Positions 35,531 to 47,790 of a DNA stretch of 64,000 bases are shown here, in pieces. Both the position numbers and the translations under genes were made by a program. The stretch is from Macrostomum lignano. Lineage: Eukaryota. The DNA lies in assembly GCA_002269645.1 (NCBI GenBank), contig NIVC01002524.1, positions 100,415-164,414 of the forward strand, in the 5' to 3' direction. The notes beneath the pieces are model-generated. The model saw only the letters and a list, made by a program, of their open reading frames with translations, ran no database searches and was not told the DNA's origin. Numbering within the stretch: the first letter of the stretch is position 1; the number at the start of each line of letters is the position of its first letter.

Positions 35531-36529
35531 ATGGATACAGCTCACAGATACAGCTCGCTATGACCCCGCTTAAGCCACGACCGTATTGAAGTTTGCATTA
35601 TAAAAGTAGGTTATAATTTTGCCATTCAAACGGAACATTGACCAGCTTTGGCAGTTCGGCCTACAGCACCGACTAGGGCAGCCAACTAGCTCGCTATAAA
35701 AGAGCCGGCTGAGTTAATGCCCAGTTTTTTGAGGCCCTAATTGCCTCCGGTTGCCCCCCCCCAACCCCCATACAAGCTCCGCAGCTCTACAGGCTCATGA
35801 TCCAAGCATCCATTGTCATTGCAGGCTGACAATTATTTTTTTTACTGGCGGGCAATCGCGCGTGAAAGCAGTAATAAAAGCGGATCTAGCTGGTGGCTTT
35901 TTCAGCAGCCTGAGCGAGTCTCCTGCTTGACAGTAGAATATAGAAACTGCAGTTTCGAATGCGCTTTAATTTTACGTCATAAAACAAATGGAACGGCAGA
36001 GTAATTATTTTCTATTTTAAAAAAACTTGAGAAAATACTGCGTGACACCGGCAGAAAAGTGGAGTTGAAGCAAAATTCAAGTTGCTTTTATCTCTGAAGC
36101 TATTTTTTCTACATCAGGGCCTCTCTATCCGGCCCTTGCTCCTCTCTCACCCTCTTGCTCCTCTCTCACCCTCTTGCTCCTCTCCTTCAGGTCTCTTCGT
36201 TCCTCTCTCGCCTCCTCTCATCTTTTCTCTCATCTCTCATCTCCTCTTTCCAGAGACATTATTCTAAGATGGGATTGACTGTACCAGAAAGCCACATGTT
36301 CTGCAAGCGAAGGAAGAACTGAAGGATTATTCAGTCTTGAATTTCGACATTTGAACTTCTTTATTTGGTTCTTAGCGTTAAATTACTAGCTTATACTGAG
36401 CAAAAACTGTTGACAGAGAAATGAGGACTTTTTTGTATCATTCGAACAAATTCTCAGTTTAAATATGACTCTCTAAAGTGGCTACTTTGGTATCAGTAGC
36501 CATTGAATCCAGTCCAGCTACTCATAAAT

Positions 36530-37542
36530 TCATTCGCAGTCGATTTCCAGTCCGATCGGGCCGAATTTCTCCCTAACAACGGCGTCTATAGCTTCGCTCT
36601 GAGCCACAGTCAGCTGGGTCTTCCAGTCCCCGACGACGCCCTTTCGAATGAAGTTGAAGCCGTTCGGCGTGCTGAAGTTGACGTTCCCGTTCGCCTGCAT
36701 GGCCTCAAAGCGGCAGTTGTGCGCCACGGTGTCCAGCTGGCCGGCCGTCAGGCGGACGCCGAGAAAGTCGGCCAGCTGCGTGACGCGGCGCCTCGGCTGG
36801 CGCAGCAGGTCCTCATACTTCAGGAACAGCCGGTTCGGCTTGTCCCGCTGCTGCCACCACTCCGACACCACCTGCTCGAGAACAGTTTTTGGCTGCAGGC
36901 TTTAATCGACAATTTGCTACTAAAAGTAGATAATTTCGAATCTGATTTAAATCAATTTTAAAAAAATTGTCTCTGTGAATCTTCAACCTGAAAGTAGTCG
37001 CCGCATTTTGTACTGCCGCGCATGAAGATGTCGAAGAACTCATCCCAGCCTCCGGGCCATGGCCCGAACAGCGGCATGCCGGTGTAGAACTTGTACAGAG
37101 AGTTGCAGCAGTCCTTCGGATTGCGGGCCACGACGATCACTTTTGGCGCGGCTTCATCCAGCCGGTTCTTGATGAACGAATACGGGCAGTGAGTCTTGAT
37201 GAGGCGCACAGACTCCTGCGGCGCGCTCTCCAGCAGGTCGATGGGCATAGGCAGCTCTGCGTCGCCCTGCCAGCGCGGGTTGAACTCGAGGAACGGGAAC
37301 CGCTCGTCGATGTCCGGGAACTTCTCGCCGGCGCTGATTCGCTCCCGGTTGAGAATCTCCCAGACAATCTCCTGCACCAGGGTGGTGCCGCTGCGTGGAA
37401 AAGTGCACACGCAGATGTCACTTGGCCGGAAGCGGAAGTCCTCGCAGCGACGCACAAGCTCGGGCGTGGTGTAGTTGTTCCACACGATGCCCTTGTAGAC
37501 GAACTCGCCAGTGCACTGCGTTCGATTCGTTGATTTCTCCAT
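36530..37542 (-). CDS. Cytosolic sulfotransferase (2 exons, 298 aa)
   Basis: Exon 1 37542-36988 has the 5'-PSB motif TFPRSGTT, catalytic KTH and 3'-PB motif ARNPKD. GT-AG intron 36987-36872. Exon 2 36871-36530 has KYEDL and RKGVVGDWK. Confidence 0.93.
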
Positions 37543-38599
37543 CTTGTGCTGCAGCGAGGCTGGCGGCAGTTCAGAGGAATGGCTGAGGGCCCGTTGTCAG
37601 AGATGAAGTTCTTATAGGAAAAGGCCAGCCGCCTGGAAGTGACACGAAGCTGAATCTTTCTGAGCATCTGAGCAGTGCTCTTCTCCCTCTGGCTAGCCAT
37701 TAACTTGACATCTTGAATTGGAAAATGCTAATCTGACAAGCTAAATTCGGTGAAAATTGACTCGAAATTTCTTCGGTGCGAGAAAATCAAAATAAACAAC
37801 TCCAAAAAGATAGAGACGTGAGAAAGCAAGTGCTATGGCATAGGGTTTTCTGCTTTGAGATCAAAATGTAGCATTTGAGCAGCTGCATCTGATGGCAAGA
37901 GAGCTGAAGCAGCTGAGTGCTGTTTCGAGTAAAAGAAAGCACTCATAGATAGAGGGCGGTTTGAGACGGGGCATGAGCAGGAATTCCAGAAGCGACCAAG
38001 TTACCCCCAGGCCATGCAGCCACTGCTCTGTGATTTCTGGCCCTATAAATCTTAATTATGCACACAGCTCAGAAAGGAAAGGAGTGGCACGACTGAGCTC
38101 AGCAGCCTCCACGCTTGAGCACTGCATCTCGCTGCCTAGACATTGTGTTTAGACAAGATGGGTGTAGCTGTATTGCTACAATGAATGCATGGCAATGCGA
38201 ACTGCGGCGCCCTGAGGGGCTCGCGGTCTCATTTTCTAGCATCGAACGAATCTGCGTGCACCCCACTGCTGATGCGCGAGTGAGCCAGAAGCACAGCAAA
38301 CTCTCTTACACTTTGCCCCGCCCAGAACTCGGGACTGCAGCTCTCCAGTGGTGGGGCGATGGAGAAGCTGGATGGAGAGTTACTCGCCGCTGCAGATGCA
38401 GATGTACTAGTGTCTGCGTGCCTCAATACCCGCCCCATTTTTTGTGTGTATTTCAATGGTCTGGCTCTCTCGAAAACTAAGCAATTGGATTGGTAAGCTT
38501 ATATGGACATAGCTAGTATACAAGGTGCTGACATGCAATAAATTTTAAAATAATATGCATAATAAAACGAACCAATAATAATAGGAATCGCGAGGAAGG

Positions 38600-38830
38600 A
38601 CTGCGACTACCCTGGAGCAACGCCTTCGGCGACATCGTCCCACAGCCAGCGCTGGGGCACGCACTCATGCACACGCTCACTCAGGTGTACAGCGGCCCTG
38701 ACTTTCTAACCGTCAGGCATGCACACCCACTGTGCCTTGGGGGTTGGCCCTCATGGCTGTGAATCGAAGCATGGGTCGCGTGACTCGAGACTCAGACGCT
38801 TTTACGGCTAAGCTGCAGCTCTGCTCCCTG
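38600..38830 (+). mobile_element. Dispersed SINE / LINE-3'-end-like repeat family, copy 1
   Basis: Shares GTGTACAGCGGCCCT...GGCATG.ACAC..CACTG.GCCTTGGGGGGTTGGC.CTC with copies at 57240-57570 (+), 54785-54985 (-) and 59025-59050/59755-59856 (+). Confidence 0.65.
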
Positions 38831-40302
38831 ATATCCACAAGTCTTACAAATCTAAAAATATGGCATCTGCAGTCATATGCTCATTTTGTTGGTTGTTCAT
38901 TTTCACAAATATACTTCATTCAGGAAGGAATGAAGCGAAAAGCTCCGCTATTTTACTTGCGAGAGTTTACAACTTTAGGCTTATGAAATGAGAAGAAAAT
39001 GATATAAAATGAGAGACTTTCACTAATAGCTTGATACTCTATAAACTATCAATACAAAGAAGTAACATGCTTTACATGCTAAATTAATAGAATCTTCACT
39101 GCCCCAGATCAAATGTAATCATTGATTTTGTCAATTCATCATTAATCATTAATTAATGAAGATTGTATGATACGATAGAACAGATATAATTAGACATATT
39201 AGCAAGTAACGGAATTGATTGAAAAGCAAAAAGTTTATATAGCAAACAGAGAATTGAATGCTCTGCAGTACGTCATTTCAAGTATTTTTAGTCCTTTGAG
39301 CGAGTGTGTATGAATGGGTGAATTGCATTTGGAAAAATTCCATTTTCTGCTAGATTTTTGTGCGTGGCAGGCATTCAGAAAATTTGCGAATGAATCGGTA
39401 TAGTAGCGTAGCTGAGAGGTCGCTTCATCTGTTTTTATGACCGCCATGGCACCAACCCTCTGCCCCTCTCCTCTCTCTCCAGGTGACTGCGCTGGCTACT
39501 CTCTGATCAGAAATTGTCAAACTGAAGAGGCCAGGCCATCTTTGGTCACCTCTACTTGAAGACCTTTTGCGGCGTCCCTTTGAAATTTGGAAGGACCTTT
39601 CGGGGTAGGGAGTTAGTTATGCAGTGTAAAATATAAATATTTCGAGAGATGAAGTTGGCTCAACCATAGTTTGCTCGTTGCATTTATTAGTGCCACGCCC
39701 TATTGTTTGCGGCAGGGCGGGTAGGGCTGCGGTCTAAATCAAGCTCGAGGAAAGTTTGCTTTTCCCTGCTTGCAGTTTAGAGATTGCATTTTACAGCCGA
39801 GTAGTTGAGCCCACCTGCCCACTGCTCTATACTTGCTTGGTCCCAGCTGCCAGCATAGCTTACCTGGGGCAGTAAAGCCATCTTTGCCAGCCGCCAAGCG
39901 CAGGAATGAATAAGATGAATAGGCGAAGACTTGGCCTGACAATAGAGCGGAAGGAATGCAGGCTGCAGAGGCTAAAGTCTGGCTCATCAGCCAGATTGGC
40001 GCGCATGCAGCTACTGGCAGGACCGAGGGGGCTCAAAGCTATTAGTGGATTCAAACAATGAGATTTCGAGTGCATTCATTCAACCCAATGCTTCCCAGCA
40101 CAGTGAATGTGAGGCAGTTTGTCTGCATACAGTTTAATTCATTCGGTTTTATTGAATGCACCGAAGCGAGACGAGAAATCCAAGAAAACCGACCCCCCTC
40201 CTCCGCCCTCAGGTCTTCCTTCACTGGACCTGTTCACAGTCTAGTGCATTAGCGAGTGACGGCTGTTACACGTGTGTCTTTATTTCAAGATTTAAATTTA
40301 CT

Positions 40303-40304
<2 letters not shown>

Positions 40305-40378
<74 letters not shown>
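40305..40378. repeat. (CTAA)n microsatellite
   Basis: Direct reading. Confidence 0.95.
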
Positions 40379-40756
40379 AAGAAGTACATCATCGTAGTTT
40401 TCTGCTTTTATTAATGACAAGAATTGGCGAGGTTGTCGCTCAAAAGTAGTTTTTTCTCTTAACAAATCGAAATAAAGTAAAACTAGCTCGTATATTAATG
40501 TGGGTTCATGTGGATCTGGGTGGAAATTTAGTTTATTTAAATTGATTAAATGGTGTTTTTATTGAAAAAAGGTTCCTTATTTCTAAAATTAATAACAGCT
40601 AAAGTAATTTACGCTATCCCTAGTACCAAAAATAGCGCTTCGGGAGTCAGTAGTCAACAACAAACTGGCCACGCTGTAATGAGAGAAAGTGCGTGTAATT
40701 ATATGAGTATGAGTGTCCAGCGAGTCGGGTCGCGCGTCTGGAGCTGAACTGGCCAT

Positions 40757-41360
40757 TTAGGAGCACGGGGTCTTGAAGATGATGAAGACCTGCTTGCCGA
40801 TCTGGAACACGAACGAGTAGCCGGGCTCATGGCCATAGTAGCACCAGAACTGGCCCTGGGCGATCACAACGTGCCACAGCTGGCTGTACATCCGGTCCAG
40901 AGTGGTCTTGATGCGCTTCGGCACATCCTGAGCGGGCGGGAGTTGGGAAGCTTTTCTAATTTAATCATCTTAGCTTGAATAAATCCAATCAAGAAGCGGT
41001 CAGGGTTTTACTTACGCTCATCTTCTGGCTGTCCCTCAGAGCCTGCTTGGTGACCTCCACGACCTTGATCTGCCACTCCAGGGACATGTCGCCGCTGATG
41101 TAGATGACATCGGAAGGCAAACCAGCTGCAGCGTTGGCACGCGACTGCTCCTGGATCTCCTTGGCATTCAGGCCGAGCACGTCGCAGAAGACGCCCAGCT
41201 CGATGACGCCGGTCTTGTTCGGGTCGAACAGTTTCTGCCACTTGCTCACAAAGTTCTCGTCATAGTTCATCTTGCGGGCATAGACCACCAGGTCATCGAT
41301 GGTGACTTGACCGCGACCCTGGCGATCGATGGCGAGCCAAGCTTCCTTGAAAGCCTCCAT
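40757..41360 (-). CDS. Tegument allergen-like (TAL) protein: EF-hand pair plus dynein light chain domain (2 exons, 171 aa)
   Basis: Exon 1 41360-41016 has EF-hand loops IDRQGRGQVTIDDL and FDPNKTGVIELGVF; donor GTAAG. Exon 2 40927-40757 (absent from the ORF track) reads DVPKRIKTTLDRMYSQLWHVVIAQGQFWCYYGHEPGYSFVFQIGKQVFIIFKTPCS*, a DLC-type domain. Confidence 0.9.
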
Positions 41361-42712
41361 TTCTACTAGAGCGATGCGAGTCTTGAGCTAGAGAATGTAG
41401 AAGAAACTACTTGCTGTTGTCGGGTGGTGACGAGCGGCCCGGCCGCCGATGCCGCTTTTTTATACCCTCGGCTGCAGGCGTCGCCCAACCCCTCCACCTT
41501 CATCTATAATGGCTACCAACCCCCTCGGATGCTGACGAAGACCCTGCGGCTCGTTGTAGGGTTGGCCAGTGAGGGGGTGGTAACTGCCGGGCCAAACCCT
41601 CATTGAATCAGTAGCTTCATTGTTCCTCCGAGTTTGGTGAGCTCACGCAGACAAATGCTGTTCTCGCCCCCTCCCTGTAGTGAGCTGGTTTACTGTCACT
41701 GGGTTGGCTGCATCGGGCAGCCTGCATTTTGCCAGCGTGTCGGGGCGCGTGCCGCCTTGACCGGCCCACTCCAGCCTGTCAGGGCTTCGTTTGTTTTTCT
41801 CTTCCTATAGCGGCCTCCATACGCATTGAAGCTATGGCGCCTGTGGCAAGAAATTGGCCCGAGTGCGAGCGACCTCACCCCACCAACAATGCCAGTTTTT
41901 GTCACTTTATTCTGCTTCTACTTTTTAGTCTCCCGAGCATTCGATGGTACAATGGAATTGTAATCTTTTTTTGGTTTCGACTGGCCTGTCCCTCCCTCCT
42001 CGGCTCTATATTGCTTCTTTCTGTTTGCAAGCTGCATACCGCTTTTGTCGGTTGCACCGAGTTGCCCAAAGCAGACATGACATTATTCTACACTATCTAC
42101 GAGCGTAGTATAAGTAGGCAAGTTCTGTACTAGACTTATAGGGCTCCAATTTTCCAATGGCTATTAAGCTTTGACGATAAATCTTCGTACCTTCTTCTCT
42201 TTTGCATGTATTTATAGACGTAATCCTCTTAAAAAATGCCGATTGAGTATTGAGTCACGGCATAAAGTACCTAAATACGAGTTGCATTCTTAGTCTCTGC
42301 CAACCCTCGAAACACAAAACATTTTCAGCCTAGCTGTAATATATTATCTTGTGTCTGTAAATATACCACTGGAATGACTGTGCGCTGCAGCTCTGGCACT
42401 ATAGACGGCTATACTCGTAGTGATGCAATTCTTACCACAGGAGGATGCTGGCATCTCTGTACCGGACAAGAGCGGGCAATGGGGGTTCAAACAGTGCTTC
42501 TTATATGTCCCCTCGAACTGTTTGATGGCTACAAAGACAGTCGAGAGTCTTGAGAAGATTCCTTCCTATATAAAATTAGGCATTCTGCAGAGCAGCAGGT
42601 GAGACAGTGCAGTCGGTGCACGAACTAACTGCTTGTGTATTATACAGGGCCACTTGCACTTGTACTTTACTCTTATGCCAGATATTTACTCAGAAGCGTT
42701 TTTACTGTAGCT

Positions 42713-43122
42713 CACAGATACATGTAATAGAATAACTAGATGGGCCACTCAGCACATTTGCGTGTAAACTACTTTCAGTTCAGTAGTAAGTTAAACAGAA
42801 GCATTTTAATGTATTTTTAAAGCCAAGGCTCATTTATTGGCTCTTACCCCCAGCTTAAATCCTCCAACCGCGCCTTTCACACTACTCCCTCGCCCCACCC
42901 CAATTTTTATTGCCTTTTGGCAAGTGTACATTAATGCTGAACCAATTAGCAAGTTGTGTGCGCCTGCAAGCTTGGGCTTCTAAACTTATCAAAGTCATTT
43001 CAGCTGCCTTTATTTCCATAAAATAGCTTATGCATTCTTCTTTGCTACTGAACTGAAAGTAGAAAGCTGTTTTACTAAGTATTTATGCCTGAGTGGTCCA
43101 TCTAGTTATTTTAGTATCTGTG
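42713..43122. mobile_element. P-element-like MITE, second copy (inverted relative to 1176-1493)
   Basis: CACAGATAC...GTATCTGTG termini; perfect 8-bp TSD CTGTAGCT at 42705-42712 and 43123-43130; the body aligns to the reverse complement of 1200-1470. Confidence 0.9.
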
Positions 43123-43799
43123 CTGTAGCTTCATCAAATAACAAATTTTAGTAGAGGAGTCTACTAAATAGTAGAGGAGAGAGGAGAGGAGAGAAAAAGA
43201 TAGGAAAGACGAGATAACAGAGAAGAGAGATGAGAAGAGACAAACCTTAAGTGGGCTGGATTGCTATCGTGAAGTCTCAAAGCACCCGAGGGCCGGATAG
43301 AGACTCTGTACGTGGGCCAGGAGTTTGCTGACCCCTATCACAGAGAACGCACAGCGCTAAATGAGGTTTCGCCATAGACAAATTCAATCGAGAAAAAATC
43401 GATTTCTCGAGAGCATACAAAGTGCGCCGCCGTGTACCAGATGACCCACTGAGAGGGTGTGCAGCAATATAGTAGTCACTAAGAGGCTGGTCGCCAACAA
43501 AAGCTGGAGAGAAAAAGACTGCTGCGAGTGTAAGAAATATTCCAAGCAATGAAAGTGCTTCGCGAGGAAGATGCATCCGCCATAGAGATGTCTTCATCTT
43601 GGGTTGGTGTCACAAACAGCACACGGAACTGGTCAGAGACGATAAAAAAGGCGATGCAGAATTGATTAAACAAACGCAGGACGCTAGCTACGAGTACGAG
43701 TGGGGAAAATTTAAAGTAACCATCAACACGGAGGCTCACTCAGCGAGTGAAGGCGGAGAAGCGACGCGTGCAGAGCATAGTAATTAACTTGAAGAGCAG

Positions 43800-45041
43800 G
43801 GGCCGATTTCATGAAGCAAGTACAAGTGACAAGTGACAAGTTGACAAATTACAAGTTACAAGTGATAAGTGCCAGCGATTTCAGTTTCATGAGAATTTTG
43901 CAACCACTTGTCAAGTTTAAAAATAGGACCCTATAGTTGCACAGTCTATGCAATTTATAGAGTGGTTACCGTGTCAACGAACTGATCTTCATCAGTAACC
44001 GGAGCTCGGATCTTGATCAGCGTACCATCGACACAGCCAGCAACGCATGGCATGCCACCGACTCTGTAGAAATCTTGTGCTATCTGTGCTCGCTTCTGAT
44101 TGCATTCCGGCCAGCGGACCAGCTCGTCGAATAGTCTGTTATTCAATGCAGTAACGACGCGCCGGACAGTGCGACATAGGGTGGCCTTTGAGACGCCATG
44201 CGCGTCTCCAACAACATGATAGAAACTTCCGCATGCGAGGAATCGGAGCGTACTCAGTAATTGCTCTCGTACAGTCAACGATCCTTGTCGGACAGCTCCG
44301 TGGGTCAAGGCAGGTCCAATAATTTCCAACAAATCTTCAACTTGATCAGATGAAAGCCGGAATCTCTCCACGAAATTTATGGGCCTTTTCATATTGCTTG
44401 CTCTGGTTCCAGAACCAGAACCAATTTGTGAAGTATAACTTTTTGTCTCCATAACTATAAGAGGGAGATACGTGCTATAAAGTTTTTATTATTGAATGAC
44501 AATCGCCAAGAAGAAAGTGAAAAATTGTGCTAAGTTAGGTTGTTAAGGCAGTCAAATATTAACAGAGTTTAATAGTTATACTGCTGTTTTTCTTGGAATT
44601 CCGAACCGATTCTGGTTCTGGAATTGGTAATATGAAAAGGCCCTATGTCATGGGGCTGAAAGTTGATTCGTTCTTTCAAGATCCGCACTGCATAAGCTTC
44701 ATTGAGAAGAGCATCTTCTTCTTCACTGTCGCTAAACATGCTTTATCCAAGTATTCTATCCTATCTAAGTTCTAGTTCTCTATCCAAGTAGACTGTTGAC
44801 AAGAGCTTAGGCCACTTGTAGACTTGTCATTGACAAGTGGGACCCTTCGATAGTGCTCAAGCTAAATCTGTGTTGTCTATGGCCAAAAGAACGGCAAAAA
44901 CGGCTTGACAAATTGTCACTTATTACTTGTAACTTGTTAAATTGTCATCCCTCCTCATGAAACGCTATAATTGTGAAATTTTACACTTGTCACTTGTAAA
45001 TTGTGAACTTGTCACTTGTACTTGCTTCATGAAATCGGCCC
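43800..45041 (-). mobile_element. PIF/Harbinger DNA transposon, internally deleted
   Basis: TIR GGGCCGATTTCATGAAGCAAGTACAAGTGACAAG at both ends; 3-bp TSD CAG; subterminal ACAAGT repeats. ORF 43955..44452(-) is the N-terminal half of a HARBI1-like transposase, ending just after GCVDGTLI. Confidence 0.92.
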
Positions 45042-45199
45042 CAGGTGAGTAATGCTGCTCCTTGGTGGCTGAGAAAAGAGCGCTAGAACTGCATGGCTCT
45101 GAACACTCCCGACAGAGAAAACCAATTCCCAAATTAAGGAGTGAAAAACCTCGTCTACCTTTTCTACCAGATAGTTAAGCGCCTGCGAGAGCTAGTTTT

Positions 45200-47790
45200 G
45201 CGAGTAGGCAGTGAGCTCAGGTTGTTCTGAACCTTTTGGGCAAAGCTGGACTCCGATTCAAGCTAGAGAATTGCAGATTTTTTGAGAGTGAGGTGGAGTA
45301 CCTGGACTCGCTTATTAGCAGCGAGGGGTCCGGAAAAGCCCCGAGAAGGTTGGGGCCATCAGAGCCAGCCCGAAGCCGACAGCCATGTCTGATTTGCGGC
45401 CTTTCCTCGGTCTGGGAAACTACTACACCATGCATGTCGCCAACTTTTCAACGAAAGCGGCCCCGCTGTACAAGCTTCTTCGCAGGGACACTGCGTGAGA
45501 GTGGACAGCGAGCCAGCAGTCACTTGGAGGCACTTGCGTCAGACACCGTGCTGACTTGCTAAAACTCCGTCTGGCCGCTGGTACTGGCCGCGGGCGCCTC
45601 CTCTATCGGCATTGGAGCCGTCATCTCCCACATGTTGCCTGACGGAACCATCGAGAAGCCGATCGCTTTCGCATCACGGAGCTTGAATAATGCTGCGAAA
45701 AATCACGTCAGATCGAGATTAAGGCACTGCATGGCGATCATCTTCGGCGTGAAGTTTCACAACCACATATAGGGCCAGAAGATCACGATTATCACCGATC
45801 ATCAGCCTCTGCCGAGCATCTTCCGACCGAAAAACGGCGTCTCAGCGACAGCAGCAGCAAGTCTGCAACCATTGGGCGTTCACACTGGCCGCATACGACT
45901 ACAACATCCGCTACAAGAACACCAAGCAGCACAGTAACGCTGATTTCCTATCACGGCTACCCCTGGCGACCAAGGGCAAGGGGTGTTCTGGACGGAAGAG
46001 CGCCAGGGCAGCGAAGATTAGCCGCTGCTGGCCAAATACATTGCAAGAGCCAGTCGACGAGACACCGATCTCCTAGGAGGTTCTGGAGTACACGCGTGTG
46101 ACGGATGGCCGCACGACTGGCGCGGCATGTCAAGAGCCGTACCATGCATCGACATGAGCTCAGTTTGGAGCATGGCTGCCTGCTGTGGGGTGCGCGGGTC
46201 GTCATCCTGCGGCCCTGCGATCTAGCGTTCTACAAGAGCTGCACGCAGATCATGCTGGCATCTTCAGGAGGAAGTCGGTGGCACAAAGCTTCGTGTGGTG
46301 GCCTGGCCACATCGAGCGGGTAGCCGGCTCCTGCAGCCAGCAGTGCCAGATGGTCGGAGACTACGGCGCCGCTGCACCCCTGGATCTGGCCAGACCAACC
46401 GTGGGAGTGGATTCACATGGACTTCACAGGTTCCGTTGAGGGCCAAAACTAAAATTCTGGTGGTGGACGCCATGTGGAGAGCAAGTCTGCAGCCTGACAA
46501 GCGCTGAGGTCGTGAAGCGGTTGCTATTCTCCCAGGTGGGGGCTTACCAGATCGTATCTGACAATGGGCCGGCCTGAAGAGCTGCGCCGAAGGCAGCTTA
46601 GCGGTCGGAAATTTATTTTTCACTCTGACAGCCAAGCAGCCCTTCGGGCCCTCTGCCGCAGCACCGCCAGCTCCAGGTCCGTCCTGGACTGCAACACCCA
46701 GCTCAACGGGCTTGCGCTAGGCAACCAGGTGGAGCTCAGATGGATCCCGGGCCACGCCGGCTTCGTCGGCAACAAGCGCGCTGACCTGCTGGCCAAGGCT
46801 GGCTCCGCCGGCGCGCTGCTGGGGCCGGGCCCGGGAGCCCCCATCCCCGCCTCGGTGATCAACTCCCGCGTTAAGCGCTGGACTGACTCCGAGCATCTCC
46901 GCAGGTGGCACGACACCCGGAATTGTAGGCAATCCCGTGCGGCCGTCACCTGCCCCTCTCCTCTCCTGCGTAGAGCCCTCCTCAGGCTCAACCGCAGAGA
47001 CCTCAGAGCAGTTAGCATGGCCCTCTCCGGGCATGGCTGCTTCTCTCGCCACCACTTCCTTCAGGGCCAAGTACCCGAGGAGCGGTGCCCCTTCTGCCGC
47101 TCAGGCAGTGAAAACGCCGAGCACTTTATCTGCCACTGCCCGGTTTTCACCAGGGCCAGGCTCACTCACCTCGGGCCAAACCCGGTTCTCTCCGACGTTT
47201 GCAGGCCCGAGAGCATCCCGCTGCTCGCCCGGTACCTCAGGGACACGGGACGAGCTGAATTCTTCCCCACCGCGGGTGAGGAGGACTGTGCTGCAGGCGA
47301 GACCGACGGGTCCCCCCTGAGCGACATCACTTCGATGGAAGTCTTTGGTCGCCAGGGGCTAGCGGAATGGGCGGTCTCCTCCGCCTCCTTGCTGCATCCG
47401 CCGGACGCCCCCTGCAGCTAAGTAAAGTAAGTCAGGGCCGGCCTGATCGCCAGTGCGGAGTTCCATGCTGACTTATGCAAAAGCAACGGAATCCAGCCCA
47501 TTAGCAGCAGCCCCTACTACCACCCTAAAACCATGCAACGACTTAATGGAGCGCCTAGTAGACAGCTTCAAGCGGGCCATGAAGTTCAGTCAAGCGCCCC
47601 CTTCACCAGTCCCCCGATGGCGATGCCGCTGCATGCCAACATAAGTAGTTAATCAATTCACTTTTAGAGCCTATAAAACTTAAGCAATTAAACATTAATC
47701 TTTTACAAGGGAATCTTTCTAGGTAAATTGGCACGGAGGGAGCCTTAGCTGCAGGGCGGTCCGAAGACGCAGCGGGGAGGCGAGCGTCGC
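45200..47790 (+). pseudogene. Degenerate Ty3/Gypsy pol (RT-RNase H-integrase), interrupted by a LINE at 46578-47434
   Basis: Frameshifted motifs FKLENCRFFESEVEYL, LRPFLGLGNYY, KPIAFASRSL, ITDHQPL, YNIRYK...NADFLSRLP, LQELHADH, WIHMDF, QIVSDNGP and ERLVDSFK. Confidence 0.85.
46578..47434 (+). mobile_element. 5'-truncated non-LTR retrotransposon (RNase H-bearing, I/LOA/R1-like): C-terminal RNase H plus CCHC zinc knuckle
   Basis: SDSQAAL...WIPGHAGFVGNKRADLLAK and CPFC....ENAEHFICHCP motifs; TAAGTAAAGTAAGT tail; 12-bp TSD GGGCCGGCCTGA at 46566-46577 and 47435-47446. Confidence 0.9.

Noticed and set aside
46564-47421. Host RNase H gene (285-aa ORF)
   Set aside because: It has a TSD, a simple-repeat tail, a 5' truncation and a retrotransposon zinc knuckle, so it is a LINE fragment.
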